NCBI GenBank assembly: GCA_017394805.1
Contig: JAFPXC010000028.1
Coordinates: 7,917 to 71,916 of the forward strand
Source: Clostridia bacterium
GTDB lineage: Bacteria; Bacillota; Clostridia; Christensenellales; CAG-1252
Length of the DNA stretch: 64,000 nucleotides
Direction of reading: 5' to 3'
The position numbers were made by a program, and so were the translations under genes. The notes below the pieces were generated by a model. The model saw only the letters and a program-made list of their open reading frames with translations. It did no database searches and was not told where the DNA came from. Below are positions 44,055 to 56,000 of the stretch, in pieces; the first letter of the stretch is position 1, and each line of letters begins with the position of its first letter.

Positions 44055-47000
44055 CTATGCGACCACCACTTGCCGTTCGCAAGAGGCGGAAGCGTTGACC
44101 GAGAACACCGTGACCTTGATGGTGTAGGTGCCCGGCTTGAGGGCGGGATCGTTGACGTCGAATCCCGCGGGTTGGGTGATGTAGGAGCCGTTGCGGTACA
44201 CGGCGTAGGACGTGGTGCCCACGAGGTAGTCGATCTCGTAGGAATCGAACAAATCCACTTCCTCGCCCGCGTAGACGAAGGTCACCGAAGCGATGCCCGT
44301 CGTAGCGTCGACCGCGATGGCGGCGCGAGCCTCGTAGATATCCACGCGGCTGTTGCCCTCGATGAGGGAGGCACTTACGCGCTCGTAGACCGAGAAGACG
44401 CGCGTGACACCCTCGCCGTCCACGTAGTACCAGACGGAAATGCGGTCCTCGGTAATCATCGGGTAGCCCGTGATGGTGCTGTCGGTGACGTAGCTGTCTT
44501 GACCGACGGAGGTCGAGACGGCGGCGCCGCCTACGGGATGAAAGACCAGGTTGACGGCCTTGGCGATGGTGAGCGTATCCATCTTGACGCCCGTGTAGTT
44601 GGCGGAAACTACGGTGACGCGGACGGTGTACTTGCCGACGGCGGAGGGCGCGTCGGTGGTGTAAGCGGCGTCGTCGGCGCCCACGGGTTTGTACTCGATG
44701 CGGACGTCGGCCAAGTGACCGCTGACGGCGGCCTCGACGGCCGCGGGTTGGGCGATACCGCCCTCCTCACGATAGATGCGGTTGGTGCGCGAAATGAGGA
44801 TGAGGTCGCGAATGTCCTTCTTCTCGATGACGTAGTCGATGGACACGTCCGCACCTTCGACCGCGCCCACGTAGCGCAGGCTGACGGTGAGCGTGTACTC
44901 GCCCGCCTCGGAAGGCTCGGCGTCACCGATCATCACGCCGCCGTCCAACGTCTTGACGTAGCGCTTGCCCGTCGCCTTGTTGAGGTAGGTGACGCGATAG
45001 ACCTCGACGTCCGAATCCACCAGCACGTAAGGCACGTAGCCCTTGGTGGAGCCGTACACACCCGTGGCGCATTCGGCCTCGGTGCCGTCCAGCAAGGTGA
45101 GCGTCTTGACGCCCACGAAGTCGATCTTCTCGGACAAGTCGGTCTTGTCGGTGACGACGACCGTGACCAAGAGGTCGGCCTGCGTGTCGCGGTAGACCAG
45201 CAAGTCGCCGTTCTTGTCGATGGTGAGCGCACGGAAGACGTAGCGAGCGTCTTTCTCCAAGGCGCGAATGTTGAAGTTGTTGTAGGCGACGTTCTGGTCG
45301 TACTCGGTGACCACGCCGTTCGAGCTGACGCTGCGGACCAGCACCCACGAAGGATTGATGATCTCGTCGTAGGTCATGGTGCCGTAGAGGACGCTCACTT
45401 TGACGGCGGGCAGAATGTCCGCGACTACGTCGTCGCCGACCTTGACGCTGACCGTGCCGTCCGTCGCGTTGCCGTCCTCGTCCACAAAGTTCTCGAAGGT
45501 GTAGACGTAGCTGTTGTACACGTACACGGGAATGGTGCGCGTCCACTTGACGCCGTCGCCGTCCACCGAAGCGGACAGGACGTACTTATCCGTGATATTG
45601 AGCCGCGGCAACACGTTCCACACGATGTCGAAGGTGGTGCTGACGACCGATTGCGTACCGTCCTCGGTGAGAACGTAGACGGACTGGGTGATGGTGGTGG
45701 GCAAGCCCACGGCGGAACCTCTGCGCACGCTGTAGTAGGCGGCGAAGTCGTCACCCTTGACGACGCGGAGGGCGGACAAGGTGAGACGAATGGACAACTC
45801 TTGACCGTACACGCCGCAATAGAGACGGAAGTCGGTGACGCCACGCTTGTAGGCGGCGTACACGTCGTCGGGCGTCCAGCCCTCGACGGTGACCGTCTCG
45901 CCCGAAGCGACGTAACTCATCTTGTGCCACGTCGCGTTGACGCGCAAGGTGGTGCCGTCCTGCATGGTGAGCCACAAGTCGGTGGGCAAGGTGAAGTACT
46001 CGCCTACGCCCGCGGTGACGTCGTGCAAGGTGGCCAAGGTGACGCCCGAAGCGTCCTCGGATACCACGTAGCGGACGGGTGCGGTGGCGTCAAGTACCTT
46101 GGTGGCGACCTTGAAGCGCACGCTGACCGCCTGATAGCCGCCCAACGCGTTGCCCACGTAGAGGACGCCGTAGTAGGTGCCGCCCGTAAGGGCCAAGTCT
46201 ACGTTGGAGAGATCCCAACCGCCCGTGACGGCCGAACCCAGCGCGGTCTCGGCGAAGGCGTAGGTATTGCCCTCGGCCAAGATGGTGGCAACGTAAGGCG
46301 CGACGTCGAAGGAGGCCGTGGTGCCGTCCATGAAGTTGACGGTCACGCTGCCCGAAGGCAAGGTGAACGTGCGGTTGAATTGATTGACCGCAATGGTGCC
46401 GAGGTCGGCGGACACGATGACCTTTTGATAGACGCGCATGGTGTAGTAGTAGTCCTGATAGCCGCCCAAGGCCGTGCCGATGCGCGCGAGCATGGCGAAG
46501 TCGCCGCCCGAATAGGTGATGTCGGCATCGGTGACCGCCGCGCCCGTGACGGCGTCGACGAAGGTGACGCGATAGTCCACACCGTCAACCGTGACGGTGG
46601 TGGGCAAGCGATAGGTATAGGGATCGACGCGGGTGGCGAACTGCGCGCGGAAGGCGGCGTCCGTCATATCCACGGTGACGTCGGCGAAGTTGAGTACCAA
46701 GCGGGACTCGCCGTCCATGACGTACACCCATTGATAGCCGCCCCACTCGGTGCCGACCTGCAACTTGACGTAGCAGACATTGCGCTCGTTGTAGCCGATG
46801 ACGGCAAGGTCGCCCTTGGCGCCGAGTGCATCCTCGAAGGCGATGGCCTTGACGGTGACGGAGGTGGTGGCGTCGCCCAAGCGGGCGTCCACCGTACTGC
46901 CGACCATCTCGGGCACGTCGTAGGGACTGATAAAGCCCGCGTTGACCTTGGCGGTGAAGAGTGACTTGACGTCTACGTCGGAGAAGATCTCCTCCATGAC

Positions 47001-50000
47001 GCGCACGTTGATATAGAGAGGATTGCCCTCGCGATCCACGGCTTGATAGCCGCCCAACGCGTTGCCGACCTTGACGCGCACGCGAACGATGCCGTCCGTG
47101 CCGCGATAGTCGTAGGCAAAGTCGTCGTACAAGGCCACTTTGAGCTTGGAGGAAACGCGGCTGTCCCCCAAGAAGGCGTCCAATGTGAGATACTCGCCCG
47201 CGAATCGCAAGACGCGCTCGCCGTCCTCGTTGACCACGGTCAAAGGCGACGTGTAGGGGTACACCGTGACCGTCTTGTCACCGATGGCGGTGACGGCGGC
47301 GTCGTCCACCGGCATCATGACGTCAACCCATTGATAGCCGCTGCGGACGTTGCCCACGCGGACGGTCGCCTCGATATACTCGGTGGCGTAGCTGACGTTC
47401 TGCGTCTTGACGCGGAAGTTGGACGCGTCCACGGGGAACAGCACGTTGTTGCCGCCGAAGTCCACGTTGACGTAGGCGGGCATGAGACCGCTGTCCACGT
47501 AGGGATTGTACTTGAACTCGACGTCGGGCTTGCTCATAGCCACGTGTCCCGTCTCTTCGGCGACCATGCGCTTGACGATGACGTTGACGGTCATGGTCTG
47601 GTAGCCGCCCTGCGCGTTGCCGACGAGGACGCTGGCCTTGGCGGCGGAACCCGTGTAGTGGTAGTTGATATTGGCGTACGTCCACAAAACGGACAACGTG
47701 CCCGTGGTGCCGTCGCGGTACTCTACGCCCACCGTGCCCGCGGGTTGCGGCGTGGCGCCGTTCTCACCGCTGTAGGGCGTGATGGTCTGGGTGAACTGAC
47801 CGTCCACGCGGTAGGTCTCGGTGACGTTGACGATGGTGCGATCCGCCACGTGGAGGAGCATATCCACGTCTTGGTAGCCGCCTATACGGTTGCCCACCTT
47901 GACGGTGAGGACGTAGTAGCCGCCCTGATAGAAGAAGGCGTTGGTGTTGAGGCACTCCTGCCGTCCGTACACGATGGACGTGGGATCGTCGATCATCTCT
48001 TGGGTCACCTTGACGGCGTTGTTGATATTGCTGACCACGGACAATTCGCCCGAATAGTTCTCGAACAAGACGTTGATGGTGGTGGGCAAGGGAGAATCCA
48101 CGTAGGGATCGACCTCGAACTCGTCCTTCTCGACGGCCTTGATCTTGCGCTCCTCCATCTCGACGAACACGCTGACGTAGTAGAAGCCGATGACTTCGTC
48201 GCCCACGTAGACGTCCGTGATGTATTGAGTGACGCCCGCCGTATCGTAGTTGTAGTTGATCTGCGCCTTGGTCCAGTCGACGCTCATCACGTACTGGCGT
48301 GCGTTGCACCAACAGGTACAACCGCCCTCGCCCGTGCACATACCTTCGGCCCGGCAAGCGGGATTGTCGCAGCCGCACACGTCGGAAGTGATGTAGAAGC
48401 CGTCCTTATCCTTGGCTCTGCCGATGGTAACGGTGAGTTTCTCGGGCAAGACGATGCTGTAGGGATCGACCGTGATGATGTCGATGAGGTCGTATTTGAG
48501 GTCGGAAGCGCGGACGTTCCAATCGGCCAAAGCCGTCTCCGCACCCTCGGCCGCGACCATACGCTTGCCGTACTCCACGACTTCGAGATAGGTGTTGAGC
48601 GCACCGAAGCCGTCGATGAGCGCGTTGAGGTAGGAAACGGCGTCCTCGCGCAAGGACTCGGACGCGGGCGTCAAGGCAAGCGACGTGAGACTGTCGCGCA
48701 AAGCGGTGAGACGCTCGGTCTCGGCACTCTTGCGCGAATCGTAACTGACCTCGCGGGAAATATCGTACACCTGCACCTCGAAGGTCTGCACGCCGTACTC
48801 GGCGTTGCCGATGGAAACCCAAGCCTTATCTTCGCCCTTCTCCCACGAAACGACCTGCGACACGACGCTATCGGCGCCGTTGACGTTGTTGCCGAAGTAG
48901 AAGTAGAGGACGTTGGGATAGCTGGTGGCGTCGAAGTCGTCGTCCACGATGTAGTAGAGGCGCTCGTTGTGCGTCTCGTCCTCGTAGGACTTGTAGATGA
49001 CGGGACGGTCGGCGCCGTCCTTGGCCACGGTGCGATCCAAGACGATGACCTTGAACTCCATATCCACGTAGCCCACGCGAGCGGTACCCATAGACATAAT
49101 GGCGCCCGTGGTGGTGCCGTCACCTTCCTCGGAATAGAAGGTCTTGCCGTGGTAGTCGGCACCCGTGATGGCGCTGAGATCCCACGAAACGGTGAGGTTG
49201 CGGGTGGTGTCGTCCTCGGCGAAGTGCGCCACGACGACCTTGGGCAGGTCGTAGCGGACGTACTTGGTCTCTTTGACGCCCGAAACCGTCCTGGAGGACA
49301 CGCAGACGAGCTGCGCCGAGCGGTCGAGAGGATTGATTTCGTAGTAGCAATCCTCGCGGAAGAAGACGTCGCCCGTATCGTCGGTGTAGGTGAAGTCGCG
49401 GACTTTCATCTGTCCGCCCTCCAAAACGGCGATGACGTCGTTGCCGATGAAGACGCGGTCGATGGTCTTCTCGAGGACGTTGACCGAAACGTTGTAGATC
49501 TGGTAGCCACCCAAGGCGTTGCCGATGCGGGCGTCGATGGAAGCGCCCGAATTGTCGACCTGACGTCCCAAGACGTAGAGGTCGTATTGCTTGTTGGTCC
49601 ACTCTACGCTCATAACGCCCGTGGTGCCGTCCTTGAACTTGACCTTGACGGTGGCCGTGAGGTTGGTGGCGCTGTAGGGATCGATGGTGACCGACGAAGG
49701 ATCGAGACTATCGACCTCGCGGTTCAACACGCGAACGCCTACGGGGTACTCTTGATAACCGACCATATCGTTGCCGACGTAGGCGGTGACCACGTACTGC
49801 TTGTACCAATGCTCGACGACGTCGCCCGCCATCGTGCGGCTCTTGTAGCCCACGTAGTCGTTGATGACGTTGTTGATGTCCCAGCTGACCCTGACCGTGC
49901 CCGAAGTCTCGTTGGTGTAGACCACCTCTACCTCGGTGGGATAGGAAGCGACCAAGCGAGGATCAGTGTCGAGGAAGCGGCTGTCGATGCCGTACGGGTC

Positions 50001-53000
50001 GAAGGACAGGACCTCGTCCGCATTGAGACGGAAGCTGTCGATCTCGCGGTTAAGAACGGTGACGGGTACGCGGTACTCCTGATAGCCGCCCAACGCGTTG
50101 CCAATATGGGCGTAGACGTTGCACGAGCCTCCCTTGTAGTTCCAGATACTACGGAGTTCGGTGAGATCCCAAGTGACGTTGCGGAAGGTGTAGGTGGTGA
50201 GATCCTCGAAGCGAACGCCCAACTCGGTGGGATAGTTGGCCTCGTCCAACGCGTCTACCGAGCCGTAGGGATCGAAGGTGTAGGAAGACACGTCGAAGAC
50301 GCTCATGATCACCTTGCGCTCCACCGTGACGGGGAAGCTGACGTATTGGTAGCCCGCGACCGCGTTGCCTATCTTGGCGACCGCGTTGTACACCGCGTTG
50401 GTGCCCTCGGCCTCGTTGCCCTTGTAGGAGGCGTTGATGGCCGACAAATCCCATTGAATGGGATAATAGTTGGCGGCGGCGTGGGCGAAGATGACCTTGC
50501 TACGCACCGAAGCGTCGCTACGAAGCAACGCGGCCAAATTCATGCCGTTGGCGGGATAGAGGGCTTCGTTCAACGCGTAATCCGTGTAGAGATAGGGGTT
50601 GAAGACGTAGTCCTGTCTAACGCCCGACAGGTTGATGGAGTCGATGGTGCGGTCGATGACGTTGATGGGTACCGCGATGGTCTGGTAGCCGCCCGCCGTC
50701 GAACCAATGGTGAGTTGCGCCTGATACAAGCCGCCCGAATAGAGGACGGACACGTTGCCCTTGTTCCAGACGACGCCGCCGTCCAAGGCGAAGTTGCCCA
50801 ACGTGACGGACGCCTCGAAGGTGTGCGTGGTGCCGTTCTTGTAGGTGATGGTGACGGTGCGCGGGTAGCAACGCTCGTCCAACGGGTTGGTGGGATCCAC
50901 GATGCGATGGTGATCGACGTCGTAGACGACCAAGGCGGGAACGAACTCGGCCAACAGGTCGTAGTTGCAGGAAGGCGACGTGAGGTCGAACTCCTCGTGA
51001 CCTAAGACGCTGTGCAAGCGAGTGGCCGTCTCGGAATACTCGATATAGTCCACGATATCGTCGCCGTCGTAGCGCGCGTACAACAGATACAAGGGATCGA
51101 TATTGCCCGCCAAGCCCTCGATATAGGGCACGGTCTCGATGGTGGCGTCCATAATGGTGACGGGCACCTCGACCGCCTGACGGCCTGCCGCTTGAATGCG
51201 CTTGACCTCGTCATCGTCGTCCGACGTGACGCGGAAGGTGGCCGCGGTGGTGCCGCCCGAATAGTGGTTGACCACGTTGGCGAGCGCCCACTCGACGCGC
51301 GTCTCCACATAGTCGGTGGTGTCGCTGTACTTGATCCACAACGTGCGCGGATAGAGGTCTACGTTCTTGCTGTCCACGTTGGACGCGCCGTCCGTGACGT
51401 GGTAGGGATCGAAGGTGAGGTCGAGATCGACGTACTCACCCGACGCCGTGCGCAGCTTGAAGTCCTCGACGGTGTGCGAGGTGATCTCTATCTTGATGCC
51501 CTCGTAGAGGTAGTAGCCCACGTCGAGGTTGCCGATGGTGGCGCTGACGTAGTACTTGGCACCCGTGTAGGTGGGTACGATCTGGGCCTCGGTGACGTTC
51601 CAACGAATGTTGTACAAGGCGGGTTGACTGTTGCCGAAGACCGCCCAGACCTTGTTGGGCAACTCGATGGCGTCGTAGGGCCCGAAGACCAAGTTGGCGG
51701 TGGACTCCTCGTAGGTGTCGCCCGAAATGAAGCGCACGCCGTTGAGCTTGTTGGCGTTGACGGTGACGGGTACGTCGACTTGGTAGTTGGCCGTCTTGCC
51801 GTCACCGAAGGTGAGGTGTAAGGTGTAGTTGCCGCCCTGGAAGGAATCGCTGATCTCGGTGGCGTCCCACTTGACCACGGCGTTGCCCGTGCCCTTGGTG
51901 CCGTCGAAACTCTTGACGTAGGTGCCCTCTCCGTTGCCGTCGGTGAAGGTGACTTCGATGCGCGAAGGCAGATTCTTGACGAAGTCCTTGACCTCGTACG
52001 CCTCTAAGCGCAAGGGGAAGGAGAGGTTGGCACCCGAAATGACGGGCGTGCGTACGACGGAGCCGTCCGCATTCTCGCGCTCGGTGTACTTGACCAACCT
52101 GGCGGCGGTGGCGGGCACTTCGACGCGCACGCGGTGGACGTCGTTGAGGACGTAGCCCTCTACGTAGTAGACGCCCTTGGTATCGTCGGTACCGTCGTAA
52201 TACTCGTAGGGAACGATCTGGAAGATGGCGTCCGACCACGAGACCTGAATGTTGCCGCCCGGCGTATTGGCGGTGGCGGTGCTGCCCGCTTTCTCGGGTA
52301 CGTTGTTCCAGCGGTCGATGGTGGCCATCGAAGGCAGATTCTCCATATAGTCGACCACGCCGTCTTTGTTGTGGTCCAGATCGAACACGTCGATGATGGT
52401 GCGGCGATTGTCGTTCTCGTCACCCTTCAGGTTGAAGTGGCTCTCGCCCGTGACGGACGAAGACATCTCGATGCCTTGGTTGGTGATGACCAAGGTCCAG
52501 TACTCACCGATGGTGGACGTGTAGATGCGCAGGATAATCTTGCGGAGCATACTGTACTCGTCGTTGCGGTTCTTCTCGTCGCAGAGGACGATGATGGCCT
52601 CGCAGGTGGTGTCGGGCGTGATGTTGGGCCACGGCATGAACTGCGACAGCAACCCGATAAGGAAGTTGCCGATGGCGTCGCGCAAGCCGGACAGCACGCG
52701 GTCGATGGCGCTGTTGATGAGGCCGTTGAAGAAGGAGTTGTCAACGATATTGAAGTCGAAGTTGCGCACGATCTCGGTGTAGATGGCGTCGTACAACTCG
52801 TAGAGCATAGTGCTGTTGGAAATGTTGTTGACCTTGGCGTTGGTGCCCAACTTCTCATTGAGCAAGTTGACGAGGAGCGTGGGAATCATAGCGCCCAAAC
52901 CGCCGATCAACTTGGGATTGAGTTGAAGCGTGATATTGGAATAGGCCGCGCCGCTGTCCAAAGAAGCGACCACGTTGCCGTCCTGTACCACCCAATCGCC

Positions 53001-56000
53001 GCCGCCCAACGAGGCGGAAATGCCTACGATGGGATGCGCCAAGCCCTCGGCGAGGTCGTCGGTGGTGAACTCGGTCTTGGTGCCGTCGTCAATGGAGATA
53101 TCTTCCTTGGGATCGAGCCCGCCCGAAATGCCTTTCTTGAACCAAGTGTCGAAATCCAAAGGAATGGTGATGGGCGAAGGTATCTTGCTGATATTGATCT
53201 TGTACAACGTGACCGTGTTGCCGTTCTCGTCGTAGGCGGTGCCGTCCTCTTTGAACCAATCGTTGATGAACCCGATGGGCCACGGCAACTTATTGTTGAT
53301 ATTGACCACGTTCTTGATGGCGCGGCCGATGCCCGAATTGCCCGCGAAGCGAATGGCGAAATCCAAAACGAATTGGTCTTGGGCAATGTAGAGGCCGTTG
53401 AGCATATAACGGGCGAAGTTGGGCAGTTTGTTGAGGATGCCGGAGACGTCCAACGAGATGCCGTGTACGAATTGACTCATCTTGCCCACGTTGTCCTTGC
53501 CGTTGGTCTGCTCGGCGCCGATACGCGACAATTTGATGGTGTTGGCGCGTTTCTCGCCCGAATGCAGGACGGCGCCGTCCGCACCCACGTAAGAGGAGTT
53601 GAGATAGAGGCTCAAATCCAAATCCTTGGGATACAAAGCGTCGATGAAGGCGTAGATAAGCGCCGAGGTAACGTTGCCGCTCCAATTGTTGTCGGGACCG
53701 ACCAAACCGCCCAGGTTGACGGCGGAGAAGCCCGCCATCTCGGTGAGCGAGGCGTCGTAGACGTAGTTGCGCAACAAGCCGGCCTGCGAACCCGTGGTGT
53801 TGTAGCCTATCTTGAGCTTGGTGACGGCCAAGGTAAGCGTGCTCTTCTCGGGTACGCCGCCCGTGACCACGCGCTCGCCCGCGGCATTGGTGTGATAGCT
53901 GAGCAGCGTGAGGTCGATGCGGTCGAAGCCGTTGGCCAACTTGATCTCGACGGTGGCCTCGGTCTCGGCGGGCAACTCGAAGTCGATACCCATGATATAG
54001 AGAAGCTTCTGGATCATGGCGGTATTGATGTCCACGCGGACGTCAAGACCACGGACGTTCTTGTCCGCGTTGCGGACGTAGGTGCCCAAGGTGAGGCGGA
54101 GGTTGGCGCCGTCTACGAAGTGGGCGCAATGATGCTCGCCGGGGAGCAAGTTGCCGTCCTCGTCGTAGCAATCGCCGTTCTCCACGCAAAGCGGGTTGTC
54201 GCAACCGCAGTAGGTGTTGATGGAGAAGGGCTTGGAATCCTCTTTCTCACCGAAGAGTTTGTCCTCGACGTATTGGTCGATGAGGTCGTTGATGATGACG
54301 CTGAGGTCAGACGTGCCCAAGAGGGACGCGAATATCTCCGCGCCGACTTTCAACGCACCGTCGGTGACGTCCAGATTGGCCATGGTCATCATGATATTGG
54401 TGAGGTTGAGGCCCTTGACCTGCGTCTTCATCAAGCCGAAGTTGGACAGATCCAGATAGAAGCTGTTGGTCTTGCCCCAATAGTACAAGCCGAGGAAGAG
54501 CAAGGGATTGTCGTGCGACAGTTCGGAGTTGTCGCGGTAGTAATCCAGCACGAAGCGGATCTCGGTGTTGTCCCAATTGGAGAAGTCCACGTTGGCGTCC
54601 AACGAGAACTCGTACGTCCACACGTCGTTGGCGCGCAACGCCACGTTGACGTTGTCACGGTCGAACTCCATCATGCCCGCGACGACCTTCTCCAACGCCT
54701 CGACGACGGGGTTGACCGCGCCCGCGGAGGGAGAGGTGATGTCCAAGCTGAGGCTACCGCCTAAGCTCAACGTGAAGGCGTTGAGTTGGAGGAAGTTGGG
54801 GTACTTGGACAAGTCGCCGAAGTCGGAGAGGTTGACGAAGGTGCGGCCGCGATATTGATTGGACGCGTTGGGGTTGGGCATTTCGAGATAGGTAGGAAGT
54901 TTCTTCTCCACTTCGTGTTCGCTCTCGATGACCTTGTAGGTGGCGCTGTACGTCGTCTTGGGCAAGGGGTTGCGGCTGTCGCCCAAGTGGAGAGACAGAT
55001 TGCCGACCTCGATTTGAATGCCGAACCAATCGTAATTGGTGGTGCCCAACTGCACGCCGAAGGGTTGATCGTCGTGCTTGTCGAAGTACAAGCCCAAGTA
55101 CAAAGACAGGCTATCCAAGAGTTTGCCGTCTTTGAGCACCGTGTAGTTGGTGTCGGGATCGTTCTCGCCCATGGAGAAGTAGACTTCCATACGGTCGAGG
55201 CCGAGCAACTCCTCTACCTTGTCGAGAATGTCGGACGCGACGCCCAAATCGGCCAACTCAAGCGCGTCGACATAGTCGAGCAAGAGATAGACCAAGGTGA
55301 AGTTGAGGGCAAGTCCCAGACGGCTGTCGCCCAAGGAAATGGCCAAAGACGCGTTGGTGTACGCGTCGGCTACGCCGGTGAGCTTGGTGATATAGGACTT
55401 GACCGAATCGATGTTGAGGCCGAGATCGGTGAGAATGCTCATCAGGCGGCCGTAGGTGGACTCGCTGTCGCCGGCGCCGGCGGTATCGTTCCAATCAATG
55501 CCGACCATGGTGGACAGCAAGGTGGACAAATCCACACTGTCGACCATAATGCCGTTGATATCCAAAGCGGGAACGGTGACGTACAGGCTTTCGTTCTTGT
55601 TGGTGTAGTAAATACCCACCAAGAGGAAGTCGTTGGCGTTGCCGAATCTGTCCTTGAACTCCTTGACGATCTCCAAACGAACCTCGGTGGCCTTGCTGTC
55701 CGAGAGATTGAGCGCCATGCCGACGTCGATGCGCACGCACGCGTCGATCCAATTGGGATCGCGCTCGGCGGAATCCAAGATGACGTCCAGATTGTCGCCC
55801 TTGCTGCTGTCGAGGTAGAGAATGTCGACGAGCATATCGGTAAGGTCGAGGACCTTGCCACCCGCGACGCCCGTGTCCACGCCGCCGTTGACGCGGAGAT
55901 ACAAGGACGCTTCGAAGGTGAGTTGGGCGTCGGTAACGTCGCGCCAATTGCGATAGGACTCGGCCTCGTCCGGACGGATATCCTGCGACAAGACCACGGT

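Noticed and set aside
43950-44057. Giant A and giant B being a single gene split by a sequencing frameshift or read-through
   Set aside because: A ends at a TAG followed by 105 nt of non-coding DNA with a hairpin. B starts with a strong AAGGAGAAG RBS, an ATG and a complete signal-peptide/lipobox, which only makes sense at a true N-terminus.
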